The notes below the pieces were generated by a model. It was not told the DNA's origin and made no database searches. It saw nothing but the letters and a program-made list of their open reading frames with translations. A program made the translations under genes and the position numbers. 31,351 bases of DNA, from positions 1 through 31,351 of the forward strand of contig JBDRIW010000052.1 of the NCBI GenBank assembly GCA_043815465.1, written 5' to 3'. This DNA comes from Candidatus Nealsonbacteria bacterium. Lineage in GTDB: Bacteria > Patescibacteriota > Minisyncoccia > Minisyncoccales > RBG-13-42-11. This document shows positions 1 to 8,474 of the stretch, piece after piece; within the stretch, counting starts at the first letter, position 1, and every line of letters begins with the position of its first letter.

Positions 1-134
1 TTATAAGCTTGCAACCATCTCTCTAGACTCCTTTTACTATAAGGACATACTTTTATTACATCCCTTATCCTTACTTCTTTATTATATATGGGCAAAACCC
101 ATCTTAACCTCTCTTCCTTTATTGTTTTAGACAT
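1..134 (-). CDS. IS481-family transposase, N-terminal HTH part (runs off left edge of window)
   Basis: Manual translation from ATG at 134: MSKTIKEERLRWVLPIYNKEVRIRDVIKVCPYSKRSLERWLQAY... with no stop before the edge. It resembles the HTH start of IS481-type transposases I recall from Parcubacteria. Not in the ORF track. Confidence 0.7.
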   Translation of the reverse strand, partial: MSKTIKEERLRWVLPIYNKEVRIRDVIKVCPYSKRSLERWLQAY

Positions 135-197
135 ATTAACACACATATACCAAGACAATAAACTATCTTGGTAAAAACCGCCATATGTCTGTACACA
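1..197 (-). mobile_element. Left end of putative IS481-family insertion sequence
   Basis: The transposase start at 134 is preceded on the minus strand by 5'-TGT(G)TACAGAC at 195-197, and IS481 ends begin with TGT. An 8-bp inverted repeat, taccaaga/tcttggta, lies at 148-173. The other end is not visible. Confidence 0.5.
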
Positions 198-210
198 TTA
201 CCTATCGCTC

Positions 211-239
211 TTGACAAAATATACATATTGTATTACAAT
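211..239 (+). promoter_or_regulatory. sigma70-type promoter
   Basis: TTGACA (211-216), 17-nt spacer, TACAAT (234-239). Confidence 0.75.
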
Positions 240-243
240 AGTC

Positions 244-372
244 AATTAGCTTTAAAACTGGGGGCTCGGAATTTTTTTAGATGGATAGATCGGTTACGGC
301 TGCTCTACTCCTCGAAAACGTTTTGAACTTTGCGTTCCTAATACCTTAGTGCCCCCAGTTTTGAAGCTAATT
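244..372 (+). ncRNA. Candidate structured RNA with 22-bp terminal stem (family unknown)
   Basis: aattagctttaaaactgggggc (244-265) pairs with gcccccagttttgaagctaatt (351-372), with one U-G wobble on the + strand. It starts just after the promoter and is followed by a T-run. It contains a 22-codon ORF at 281-349. Confidence 0.5.
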
Positions 373-377
373 TTTTA

Positions 378-1688
378 TTACTCGCCCGTAACTCTTTCAA
401 CTTCTTCTATCGTAGTTACGTTTTCCAATACCTTAACAAAACCATCTTGTTTCATAGTAGTCATCCCCCTTTCAATAGCTTTTTCTTTTAAGTCTGCGAT
501 AGAGGGATTTTTTAATATAAATCTTTCCATTTCTCCATCTATCAAAATGGTTTCAAAAACTCCTACTCTTCCTTTAAATCCAGTAGAATTACATTCGCTA
601 CACCCTTTAGGGATAGCAATTTTACTTACCTCAGAGAGTTTGTATTTTTTAATAAAAATTTCTGGTAATTCTTTTTTTATTTTAGTCAGCTCTTCTTTTG
701 AAATAGTTTTTAGAGATAAACATTTTTTACATACTTTTCTTACCAATCTTTGAGCAATAGCCATATTGATTGCTGGTCCGATATTTTTTATATCTCCCTC
801 TAGGCTAGTCATTCTAGAAATTGTTCCAGCTGCGTCATTAGTATGTAAGGTAGAAAATACAAGATGACCAGTTAGAGCTGCCTGTATAGCTATTTTGCTT
901 GTTTTAGGGTTTCTTATTTCTCCGACAAGGATAACGTCAGGATCTTGTCTCATAATAGATTGAAGACCAGAAGCAAAATCATATCCTTTTTCAGGATTTA
1001 CTTGTGTTTGAGAGATTCCTTTTAAATGATATTCAATAGGATCTTCTATCGTTATCATTTTTATTTCAGAACTTTGTATTTCTTTTAAAAAAGCGTATAG
1101 GGTGGTGGTTTTTCCAGAGCCAGTAGGTCCTGTAATAATAATCATCCCATTAGGTTTTTTAATTTCTTTCTTAAACATTTTTAGTAAATCCTCTCGCAAG
1201 CCTAAATCTCCCAAGCTTATTAAAGATTTAGGATTTAATATTCTAATTACAACAGCCTCTCCATATTCTGCTGGCAGAGTAGAGATTCTTAACTCTATAG
1301 GAAGAACATCTTTTTCTTCTCCCATAAAAACGCTAAATCGGCCATCTTGAGGCCGATCACTTATGTTTAATTTAATACCAGCTAAAAGTTTTATTCTAGA
1401 AAGTATTTCTTTATAATCTTCTGTATTTAAGTCTATAACATCTTGTAAAATTCCATCTGTTCTGATCCTTATCTTTGAAGTCTCCTTCATCGGTTCTATG
1501 TGAAGATCAGATGCGCCTATTTGTATAGTTCCTCCAATTATTGTTTCAATTAGCTCACTAGTAGTTTCTGAAACAGCTTTTTTAATTTCCTCTTGTAAAA
1601 TAGAAACACTTTTTATCTTATTAACCAAAGAAATCTTTTCTGGAGAAAAAAATATTCCCTTACCTGATTGTTTTGAGTTCTCTTGCAT
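378..1688 (-). CDS. Type IV pilus / type II secretion assembly ATPase (PilB/GspE family)
   Basis: GASDLHIEP, RIRTDG, Walker A GPTGSGKTT, TIEDPIEY, RQDPDVILVGEIR, TGHLVFSTLHTN and a Zn tetracysteine site (CKKC...CSEC). Confidence 0.93.
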   Translation of the reverse strand: MQENSKQSGKGIFFSPEKISLVNKIKSVSILQEEIKKAVSETTSELIETIIGGTIQIGASDLHIEPMKETSKIRIRTDGILQDVIDLNTEDYKEILSRIKLLAGIKLNISDRPQDGRFSVFMGEEKDVLPIELRISTLPAEYGEAVVIRILNPKSLISLGDLGLREDLLKMFKKEIKKPNGMIIITGPTGSGKTTTLYAFLKEIQSSEIKMITIEDPIEYHLKGISQTQVNPEKGYDFASGLQSIMRQDPDVILVGEIRNPKTSKIAIQAALTGHLVFSTLHTNDAAGTISRMTSLEGDIKNIGPAINMAIAQRLVRKVCKKCLSLKTISKEELTKIKKELPEIFIKKYKLSEVSKIAIPKGCSECNSTGFKGRVGVFETILIDGEMERFILKNPSIADLKEKAIERGMTTMKQDGFVKVLENVTTIEEVERVTGE

Positions 1689-1746
1689 AAAGAGGTAATA
1701 TTAAATTACTTGATTTAAATTAGCTTGAAAGAGCCTAAAAGTCAAC

Positions 1747-2211
1747 ATGGAAAACAAAGAAATATTTATTACCAAAAACGTAGATCAGACTAAAAGGGCG
1801 GGAGAATTACTAGCAAAAGAACTTCTTTTAAATAAATCCAAGAGGGGGTCTTTAGTCCTTAGTCTTAACGGATATTTGGGAGGAGGAAAAACTACTTTCT
1901 TGCAAGGATTTGCGAAGGGATTAGGACTTAAAGAAAAAATATTAAGTCCAACCTTTGTTATTTTAAAAAGATTTAAATTAACAAAAAATAAAAACTATAA
2001 TAATTTTTATCATATAGATTGTTATAGAATACAAAACTCAAAAGAAATGTTATCTTTGGGCATCAAAGAGATTTTAAAAGATCCTAAAAATATAGTTGGT
2101 ATAGAATGGGCCGAAAGAATAAAAAATATCTTACCGAAAGAAGTAATAATTTTACAGTTTGATGTTATTGAAAAAGACAAAAGAAAACTTACTTTAAAAT
2201 ATAATGACTAA
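1747..2211 (+). CDS. tsaE: tRNA threonylcarbamoyladenosine biosynthesis ATPase TsaE
   Basis: GYLGGGKTTF, SPTF, YHIDCYR and GIEWAE motifs; 154 aa. Confidence 0.93.
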   Translation: MENKEIFITKNVDQTKRAGELLAKELLLNKSKRGSLVLSLNGYLGGGKTTFLQGFAKGLGLKEKILSPTFVILKRFKLTKNKNYNNFYHIDCYRIQNSKEMLSLGIKEILKDPKNIVGIEWAERIKNILPKEVIILQFDVIEKDKRKLTLKYND

Positions 2212-3139
2212 AGAAAAGAAATATTTAATTGTTATAGATTCTAATTCTATTATTCATAGAGCCTTTCATGCATTACCACCTTTAAAGAAAAAGAATGGAG
2301 AAATAGTAAACGCCGTTTACGGATTTTTATTAGTTTTTATAAAAGCTATTCAAGATTTTAAGCCAAGCTATATTGTCGCTACATTTGATTTACCAAAACC
2401 AACTTTTAGACATAAAAAATATAAAGAATATAAGGGGAAAAGAGAGAAGTCTCCAGAAGAACTTTACTCTCAAATACCAAAGATAAAAGAATTCTTAAAA
2501 CTATTTAAGGTTCCAATAGTAGAAAAAGAAGGATTTGAAGCAGATGATATCATTGGAACTGTTTCAAGAATTGTTCCTAAAAAAGATCCCAAAATAGAAA
2601 CAATCATTCTTAGTGGAGATTTAGATGTTTTGCAATTGGTAAATAATAAAACAAAAGTTTTTACTTTGAGAAAGGGCGTAAAAGATATAATTCTTTATGA
2701 TGATAAATTAGTGAAAGAGAGATTTGGAGGCTTGGGCCCCGAGCAATTAATAGATTATAAGGGGTTAAGAGGAGATCCTTCTGACAATATACCAGGAGTT
2801 GTTGGGATAGGAGAAAAAACAGCTATTAATTTATTATTAGAGTTTAAAACATTAGAAAATATTTATAAAAATATTGCTAAAACAAAAAATATTTCTGAAA
2901 GAATTAAAAAATCATTGTTAGATAATAAAAAAATGGCATTTTTATCTAAGGAATTAGCCGAAATTAACGTTAAAACTCCAATAGATATTAAGATTGAAGA
3001 TTGTGAATGGGGAGTTTATGATAAAAATAAGGTTATGGAAATGTTGGATGAATATGAGTTTTTTAATATAAAAAAAAGATTTATTGAAATGATTAGAGAA
3101 GAGAATAAATTAATTGGGGAGAATTTAAAATTATGGTAA
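2204..3139 (+). CDS. Stand-alone 5'-3' exonuclease / flap endonuclease (PolA N-terminal domain family)
   Basis: IDSNSIIHRAFHA, NAVYGF, FRHKKYKEYKGKR, EADDIIG, SGDLD and GDPSDNIPGVVGIGEKTA motifs; no polymerase domain in 311 aa. Confidence 0.9.
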   Translation: MTKEKKYLIVIDSNSIIHRAFHALPPLKKKNGEIVNAVYGFLLVFIKAIQDFKPSYIVATFDLPKPTFRHKKYKEYKGKREKSPEELYSQIPKIKEFLKLFKVPIVEKEGFEADDIIGTVSRIVPKKDPKIETIILSGDLDVLQLVNNKTKVFTLRKGVKDIILYDDKLVKERFGGLGPEQLIDYKGLRGDPSDNIPGVVGIGEKTAINLLLEFKTLENIYKNIAKTKNISERIKKSLLDNKKMAFLSKELAEINVKTPIDIKIEDCEWGVYDKNKVMEMLDEYEFFNIKKRFIEMIREENKLIGENLKLW

Positions 3140-3148
3140 AATCTTATA

Positions 3149-4435
3149 ATGAATATTTTAATAGCTTATTATTCTAGAACGGGAAACACAGAAAGATTAG
3201 CTAATGAGCTACAAAAAAAACTCAAAGAAAAGGGTCATATTATAGATTTGGAAAAGATTATAGTTAAAAATAAAAAAGGATCTTGGTCCTGGTTTTTTTT
3301 GAGAATTTTTAAATCAAAAACAGAAATATTTCCATTAAAAATAAAAGATGTTTCGAAATATGATGCGATTTGTCTTGGTTCTCCTAATTGGACAAAAATA
3401 TCTCTTCCTTTAGCTACTTATCTTGAGGAGGTAAAGGGAATAAAAAATAAAAAAATTGGTATTTTTGGTACTGCTTTTTTATGGCCAAAAATTGAGTGGT
3501 ATTTAATTTCCTCCTATATGTTTGATGCATCTTTTTACGGTGCCGTAGAAAAAGCAGGAGGAAAAATTGTTTTTTCTTTATTTTTATCAGGATATTTTAA
3601 ATTTAAAGGAATGGAGTCTAAATATGGAAAAGAAAATATAGATCAATTTTGCGACAAAATAGAAGCTCCAACTCTCTCTTTTAAACAATATTTTTTAAAT
3701 CAAAGAAATGTCGAAGGAGCTAGATTATCTTTTCTTTTGTTTTCATTTTTTCTTTTAATTTCTTTTGTCGTTCAAATATTAAGCTCTATTCTAGGTAAAA
3801 ATATTTTTTCATGGGAAGAGTATTATCCTTTATTAGGAATATCTATTATTTCCTCTTTTTTCGTTCTTGCAGCTTTGTCTGCCAAAAAATTCTTTTCTCT
3901 TATTAAATATTTCAGTATTTTTTCTTTTCTTTCTATTTTAACAATCTGGATCTTTTTATTTAATTTTTCTTCAGGAGAAATAATAAGTGGATATATTCTT
4001 TTATTCGCTGTATTCTCTTTCTTTAAAGATACAAGAGCAATTATTTTTTCTGGAATATTATCTCTTTTAAGCTACGGATATTTATATTTATTTTGTTCCC
4101 TAGAACATAATTTTAATCCCTTAGTAAATATTTCTTTTTTAATTTTAAGTATTATTATCATCAGTTTTGTAACTAAAAATATACAGGATAGTCATATTAA
4201 GTCCCTAGAATCTCAAGACGAAGCCGAAATAGCAAAGTCTTCTTTGGAAGTAAGGATTGAGGCTAGAACCAAAGAATTAAAAGACATGTCTAAAAGATTG
4301 GAAGAACAGGTAGAAATTAGAACCAAAGAATTAAGAATAAAAATAGAAGAATTAGAAAGATTTAATAAATTATCAGTTGGAAGAGAATTAAAGATGATAG
4401 AACTTAAAAATGAACTTAAAAAGTTAAGAGAATAA
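3149..4435 (+). CDS. Flavodoxin-domain multi-pass membrane protein with C-terminal signalling helices (putative sensor)
   Basis: N-terminal YYSRTGNTERLA and YDAICLGSPNW (flavodoxin fold). About 6-7 hydrophobic segments lie at aa ~190-345. The C-terminus has two RTKEL S-helix motifs and ELERFNKLSVGRELKMIELK. Confidence 0.75.
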   Translation: MNILIAYYSRTGNTERLANELQKKLKEKGHIIDLEKIIVKNKKGSWSWFFLRIFKSKTEIFPLKIKDVSKYDAICLGSPNWTKISLPLATYLEEVKGIKNKKIGIFGTAFLWPKIEWYLISSYMFDASFYGAVEKAGGKIVFSLFLSGYFKFKGMESKYGKENIDQFCDKIEAPTLSFKQYFLNQRNVEGARLSFLLFSFFLLISFVVQILSSILGKNIFSWEEYYPLLGISIISSFFVLAALSAKKFFSLIKYFSIFSFLSILTIWIFLFNFSSGEIISGYILLFAVFSFFKDTRAIIFSGILSLLSYGYLYLFCSLEHNFNPLVNISFLILSIIIISFVTKNIQDSHIKSLESQDEAEIAKSSLEVRIEARTKELKDMSKRLEEQVEIRTKELRIKIEELERFNKLSVGRELKMIELKNELKKLRE

Positions 4436-4438
4436 AAG

Positions 4439-5632
4439 ATGTCAAAGCTACCTCAAAAAATTAATATACCCGAAAGAAAGAAGATAGTTAAGATAGATAA
4501 AAGCACTGAAGATTTAGAAAATTCAAGAAAGGCCTTAATGAATATGTTAGAAGATGTGGAGGAGGCTAAAAATAGAGCAGAAGAAGAAAAGAGCAAAACT
4601 TTGTCTATAGTTAGCAATCTTTTTGATGGCTTAATTGTTATTGATAAGGAGGGAAAGATTTTTTTAATAAATAAGCAAGCAGAGAAGTTTTTAGGTTTAC
4701 CTGTCGATGAGTTAATGGGAAAAACTATAGAAGAGAGCAAAATTCATCCTTTAATAAAAACATTAATAGGAGAAACAGAAGCAATTTTTAGAAAAGAAAT
4801 AAATATTAAAAAAAATCTTACTGTAGAAATTTCTACGATATCATTAATGATTAAAGGAACCGAGATGGGGACAATGATTATTCTTCATGATATTACTAGA
4901 GAAAAAACAATAGAGGCAATGAAAACAGAGTTTGTTTCTTTGGCAGCTCATCAATTAAGAACTCCCTTAGCTGCTATTAAGTGGACAATTAGAATGCTTT
5001 TAGATGGAGACTTGGGGGAGATTACTCTAGAACAAAGAGAAATGATTAAAAAAACATATCAAAGCAATGAAAGGATGATCATTCTAATTAATGATTTATT
5101 GGATGTTACCAGAATAGAAGAAGGAAGATATCTTTATAAACCTGTTTCGGCTGATTTAAAAAGTCTTGTAGCTTTCACTATCAAGCCATACAAAGATGAG
5201 TTAAAAAGAAAAAATATAAAATTAGAATTTAAAAATTCTAGAGATAAGATTCCAAGAGTTCTTATGGATGTTGAGAAAATCAGATTGGTCATTCAGAATA
5301 TTTTAGAAAATGCTATAAAATATACTTTAACCGGAGGTAAAATAAATATTTTTCTTAAAGTTGATAAAGAGGCAGTAGAAGTTCAATTTCAGGACGATGG
5401 AGTGGGAATACCAAAAGATCAACAAAAAAGAATATTTACAAAATTTTTTAGAGGAGCAAATGTTATAAGAATGGAGACGGAAGGATCTGGATTAGGAATA
5501 TTTATCTCTAAAAATATAATAGAGGCTCACGAAGGAAAGATATGGTTTGAATCAGAAGAAGGGAAAGGAACTACTTTTCATTTTTCTCTACCTATCAGAA
5601 AAGAGTTTAAAGAATTCTTAAAAGAATTTTAA
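4439..5632 (+). CDS. Cytoplasmic PAS-domain sensor histidine kinase
   Basis: Coiled coil, PAS-like DGLIVIDKEGKIFLINKQAE, H-box FVSLAAHQLRTPL, N-box NILENAIKY, G1 DDGVGIP and G2 GSGLG; no transmembrane segment. Confidence 0.93.
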   Translation: MSKLPQKINIPERKKIVKIDKSTEDLENSRKALMNMLEDVEEAKNRAEEEKSKTLSIVSNLFDGLIVIDKEGKIFLINKQAEKFLGLPVDELMGKTIEESKIHPLIKTLIGETEAIFRKEINIKKNLTVEISTISLMIKGTEMGTMIILHDITREKTIEAMKTEFVSLAAHQLRTPLAAIKWTIRMLLDGDLGEITLEQREMIKKTYQSNERMIILINDLLDVTRIEEGRYLYKPVSADLKSLVAFTIKPYKDELKRKNIKLEFKNSRDKIPRVLMDVEKIRLVIQNILENAIKYTLTGGKINIFLKVDKEAVEVQFQDDGVGIPKDQQKRIFTKFFRGANVIRMETEGSGLGIFISKNIIEAHEGKIWFESEEGKGTTFHFSLPIRKEFKEFLKEF

Positions 5633-5651
5633 AATATAAATATAAAATAAT

Positions 5652-6020
5652 ATGTCTAAAAAAATACTTATAATAGAAGATGAAGAGATAATGATGGAAC
5701 TTTTGCAAAAAAAGTTAATTCAAGCTGGATATGATGTTGTGGTTGCTAGAAACGGAGAAGATGGATTAAGGGTAATGGAAGAGTCTAAACCAGACTTAGT
5801 TTTGTTAGATATAGTTATGCCAAAGATGAATGGATTTGACGTAATGGAAAAAATGAACGAAAATAAAGATATTAAAAAGATTCCAGTAGTAATTGTTTCA
5901 AATTCAGGACAGCCAGTAGAAATAGATAGAGCTCAGAAATTAGGGGCTAAAGATTGGTTGGTTAAAACGGAATTTGATCCTAAAGAAGTATTGGATAAAG
6001 TAAAAAAACAAATAGGATAA
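5652..6020 (+). CDS. Single-domain response regulator (receiver only)
   Basis: ILIIEDE, DLVLLDIVMPKMNG (phospho-Asp), VSNS and LVK motifs; 122 aa with no output domain. Confidence 0.92.
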   Translation: MSKKILIIEDEEIMMELLQKKLIQAGYDVVVARNGEDGLRVMEESKPDLVLLDIVMPKMNGFDVMEKMNENKDIKKIPVVIVSNSGQPVEIDRAQKLGAKDWLVKTEFDPKEVLDKVKKQIG

Positions 6021-6021
6021 T

Positions 6022-6390
6022 ATGGCAAATAAAATACTAATAGTAGAAGACGATAAATTCCTTAGAGAATTAATATCTCAAAAATTGTTGAAAGAGCAGT
6101 ATGACGTTTCTGTTGCTATTGATGGAGAAGAAGGAATTAAAAAAATAATAGAAGAAAAGCCAGATATGGTTTTATTAGATCTTATTCTTCCAGGAATAGA
6201 TGGTTTTGAGGTCTTAACAAAAATGAAAAATGATCCTACGGTTTCTAATATCCCCGTTATCATTCTTTCTAATTTAGGACAAAAAGAAGATATAGAAAGA
6301 GGATTAAAATTAGGAGCGACAGATTATATGATTAAAGCTCACTTTACTCCAGGAGAAATAATAGAAAAAATAAGATCGATTCTTGGATAA
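6022..6390 (+). CDS. Single-domain response regulator (receiver only), paralogue of the upstream gene
   Basis: ILIVEDD, DMVLLDLILPGIDG, LSNL and MIK motifs; 122 aa. Confidence 0.92.
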   Translation: MANKILIVEDDKFLRELISQKLLKEQYDVSVAIDGEEGIKKIIEEKPDMVLLDLILPGIDGFEVLTKMKNDPTVSNIPVIILSNLGQKEDIERGLKLGATDYMIKAHFTPGEIIEKIRSILG

Positions 6391-7265
6391 TGCCAGAATT
6401 ACCAGAAGTAGAAACAATAGTTAGAGAGTTAAAAAAAGAGGTCCTGAATAGGACCTTTGTTGATGTATGGACTGATAATGAAAACATGATTAAGAAACCA
6501 AAAAGTTTTAATCTCTTTAAAAAAGAAATAAAAGGAAAAATTGTAAAGCGCATAGAGAGAAGAGCTAAAAATATTCTTTTTTATTTATCTGGAGGTAAAA
6601 TGTTATTAATTCATCAGAAAATGACTGGACATTTTTTGATCGGCAAATGGAAAAGAGAAAAAAATAAATGGACTTCTATCATAAAAGGACCAATTTTAGA
6701 GGATCCCATGAATAGATTTTTGCATTTAATTTTTTGGTTGAATAATGGGAAAATGTTAGCCTTAACAGACCTTAGAAAGTTTGCTAAAGCTGAATTGTGG
6801 GATGAAAAAGAATTTAAAGAATCAGCTTATTTAAAATCTTTAGGACCAGAGCCCCTAGAAAAGAAATTTGATTACAATAAATTTAAAGAAGTCTTAGAGA
6901 GAAAAAGGGGAAAAATAAAACAAGTTCTTTTAGATCAAACTGTGGTAGCTGGAATAGGAAACATATACTCAGATGAAATACTTTTTGTTGCGAAAATTAG
7001 ACCCACAAAGAATGTTCCAGAATTATCAGAAAAAGAAAAGAAGAACATTTATTTAGGAATTAAGAATATTCTTCGCTTGGCAATAAAACTTAAGGGAGAA
7101 TCTTTTTCCGATTTTAGAAGAACTAATGGGGAAAAGGGATTTTACGATAAGGCTAGAAAGGTTTATCGTAAAGAGGGAGAAGAATGTCCTGTTTGTGGAG
7201 AGAAAATACAAAGAATAAAGATGGGTGGAAGATCTGCTCATTTTTGTCCAAAATGCCAAAAATAG
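6390..7265 (+). CDS. mutM: Formamidopyrimidine-DNA glycosylase / AP lyase
   Basis: N-terminal MPELPEVET, RRAK, H2TH GIGNIYSDE and C-terminal zinc finger CPVC...CPKC. Confidence 0.96.
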   Translation: MPELPEVETIVRELKKEVLNRTFVDVWTDNENMIKKPKSFNLFKKEIKGKIVKRIERRAKNILFYLSGGKMLLIHQKMTGHFLIGKWKREKNKWTSIIKGPILEDPMNRFLHLIFWLNNGKMLALTDLRKFAKAELWDEKEFKESAYLKSLGPEPLEKKFDYNKFKEVLERKRGKIKQVLLDQTVVAGIGNIYSDEILFVAKIRPTKNVPELSEKEKKNIYLGIKNILRLAIKLKGESFSDFRRTNGEKGFYDKARKVYRKEGEECPVCGEKIQRIKMGGRSAHFCPKCQK

Positions 7266-7268
7266 ATT

Positions 7269-8204
7269 ATGATTTTTTTACTTTACGGACCAGATAATTA
7301 TAGCTCTAGAGAAAAAGTGAGAGAGATGGTAGAGCATTATAAAGAAATTCACAAAAGTGGATTAGATTTTAAATATCTTGATGGTAAGAATTTAGACTTT
7401 AGCGAGTTACTTAATGAAGACCAACAGAGCTCTATTTTTAATGAGAAAAAACTTATTGTTGTGACAAATGTTGTTTCTAATAAAGAGTTTAAAGAAAAAT
7501 TTATTAAAGGTTACAAGAAACTCATTGATAGTTCTAATATAATTGTCTTTTTAGAGGAAGATAAGATAGCAACAAATGATTCTATTTTAAAGATTTTAAA
7601 AAAGCATGCTAAATGTCAGGAATTTCCAATTTTATCTGGAGAGAAAATGAAAAGATGGGTTAAAAATGAGCTTAGTAAATTTAAGGGAGATATCTCCACA
7701 AATGCTTTAGATAAACTTTTAGAATATTGCGAAGGTAATCTATGGAGTTTAAGTAATGAGATTAAGAAGTTGGGCGCCTTTAAAATTGGAAAAACGATAG
7801 AAATAAACGATGTTGAATTATTGGTAAAACCAAAGATAGAAACAGATATTTTTAAAACTATAGATGCCATAGCTTCTAAGGATAGAAAGTCAGCTTTATT
7901 ATTACTTCATAAACATTTAGACAAAGGAGACTCTCCTCTTTACCTTTTGTCTATGATTAATTTTCAATTTAGAAATCTTTTATTGGTAAAAGATTTAATG
8001 GAAAAAGGAAAATCTTATTATGATATTCCTAAATTAACGAAGCTTCATTCATTTGTTGTTAAAAAAAGTTATCAATCAGCCCAAAGGTTTCAATATCAAG
8101 AATTACAAAAAATCTACCAAAAGATTTTTCAGGTAGATTTGTCTATTAAAACTGGTAAATTAAAACCAGAGATAGCTCTAGATATTTTTATTGCTGAGAT
8201 TTAG
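7269..8204 (+). CDS. holA: DNA polymerase III delta subunit
   Basis: FLLYGPDNY start, NEIKKL, IFKTIDAI and D-x-x-IKTG C-terminus. Confidence 0.88.
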   Translation: MIFLLYGPDNYSSREKVREMVEHYKEIHKSGLDFKYLDGKNLDFSELLNEDQQSSIFNEKKLIVVTNVVSNKEFKEKFIKGYKKLIDSSNIIVFLEEDKIATNDSILKILKKHAKCQEFPILSGEKMKRWVKNELSKFKGDISTNALDKLLEYCEGNLWSLSNEIKKLGAFKIGKTIEINDVELLVKPKIETDIFKTIDAIASKDRKSALLLLHKHLDKGDSPLYLLSMINFQFRNLLLVKDLMEKGKSYYDIPKLTKLHSFVVKKSYQSAQRFQYQELQKIYQKIFQVDLSIKTGKLKPEIALDIFIAEI

Positions 8205-8460
8205 CTTTCTTTATAGCCTTAGATATTCTGGATTTTTTTCTATCTACTTTTCCTTTTTTAATAATTCCAACTTTAGATGTTTTATCTAAAGCCTTATAAA
8301 CATTAGGAAGTAGTTTTTTAGCCTCTTCTATTTTCTTTTGGGAAATTAAATTATTGATCTCCTTCAAGAGATCTTTTAAGTTGTCTTTCCTTATAATGTT
8401 TCTTTTTCTTCTTTTTAAGCTCTGTCTTAGAGCTTTTTTTGCTGAACTTGTTATTGGCAT
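8188..8460 (-). CDS. rpsT: 30S ribosomal protein S20
   Basis: MPITSSAKKALRQSLKRR...LDK...GIIK...RKKSR; 90 aa and basic. It overlaps the holA 3' end convergently by 17 bp. Confidence 0.95.
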   Translation of the reverse strand: MPITSSAKKALRQSLKRRKRNIIRKDNLKDLLKEINNLISQKKIEEAKKLLPNVYKALDKTSKVGIIKKGKVDRKKSRISKAIKKAKSQQ

Positions 8461-8474
8461 ATTTAATATATAGC

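Noticed and set aside
260-357. SRP (4.5S) RNA resemblance (GGGGGCTC...GCCCCC ends; AGG...AGCAG on the minus strand)
   Set aside because: There is no paired helix-8 hairpin with a GNRA loop between AGG and AGCAG, and the motifs fall on opposite strands.
270-360. c-di-GMP-I riboswitch-like words on the minus strand (GGAACGCAAAG, CAGCC, AACCGA)
   Set aside because: The P1 pairing, GNRA tetraloop and GGUCUAA receptor are missing. The promoter and G-U wobble favour the + strand, and the only downstream gene is a transposase.
1870-1900. TsaE P-loop GYLGGGKT differs from the common GDLGAGKT
   Set aside because: The GKT core and other TsaE motifs are intact, so one variable position is not enough to claim a changed function.
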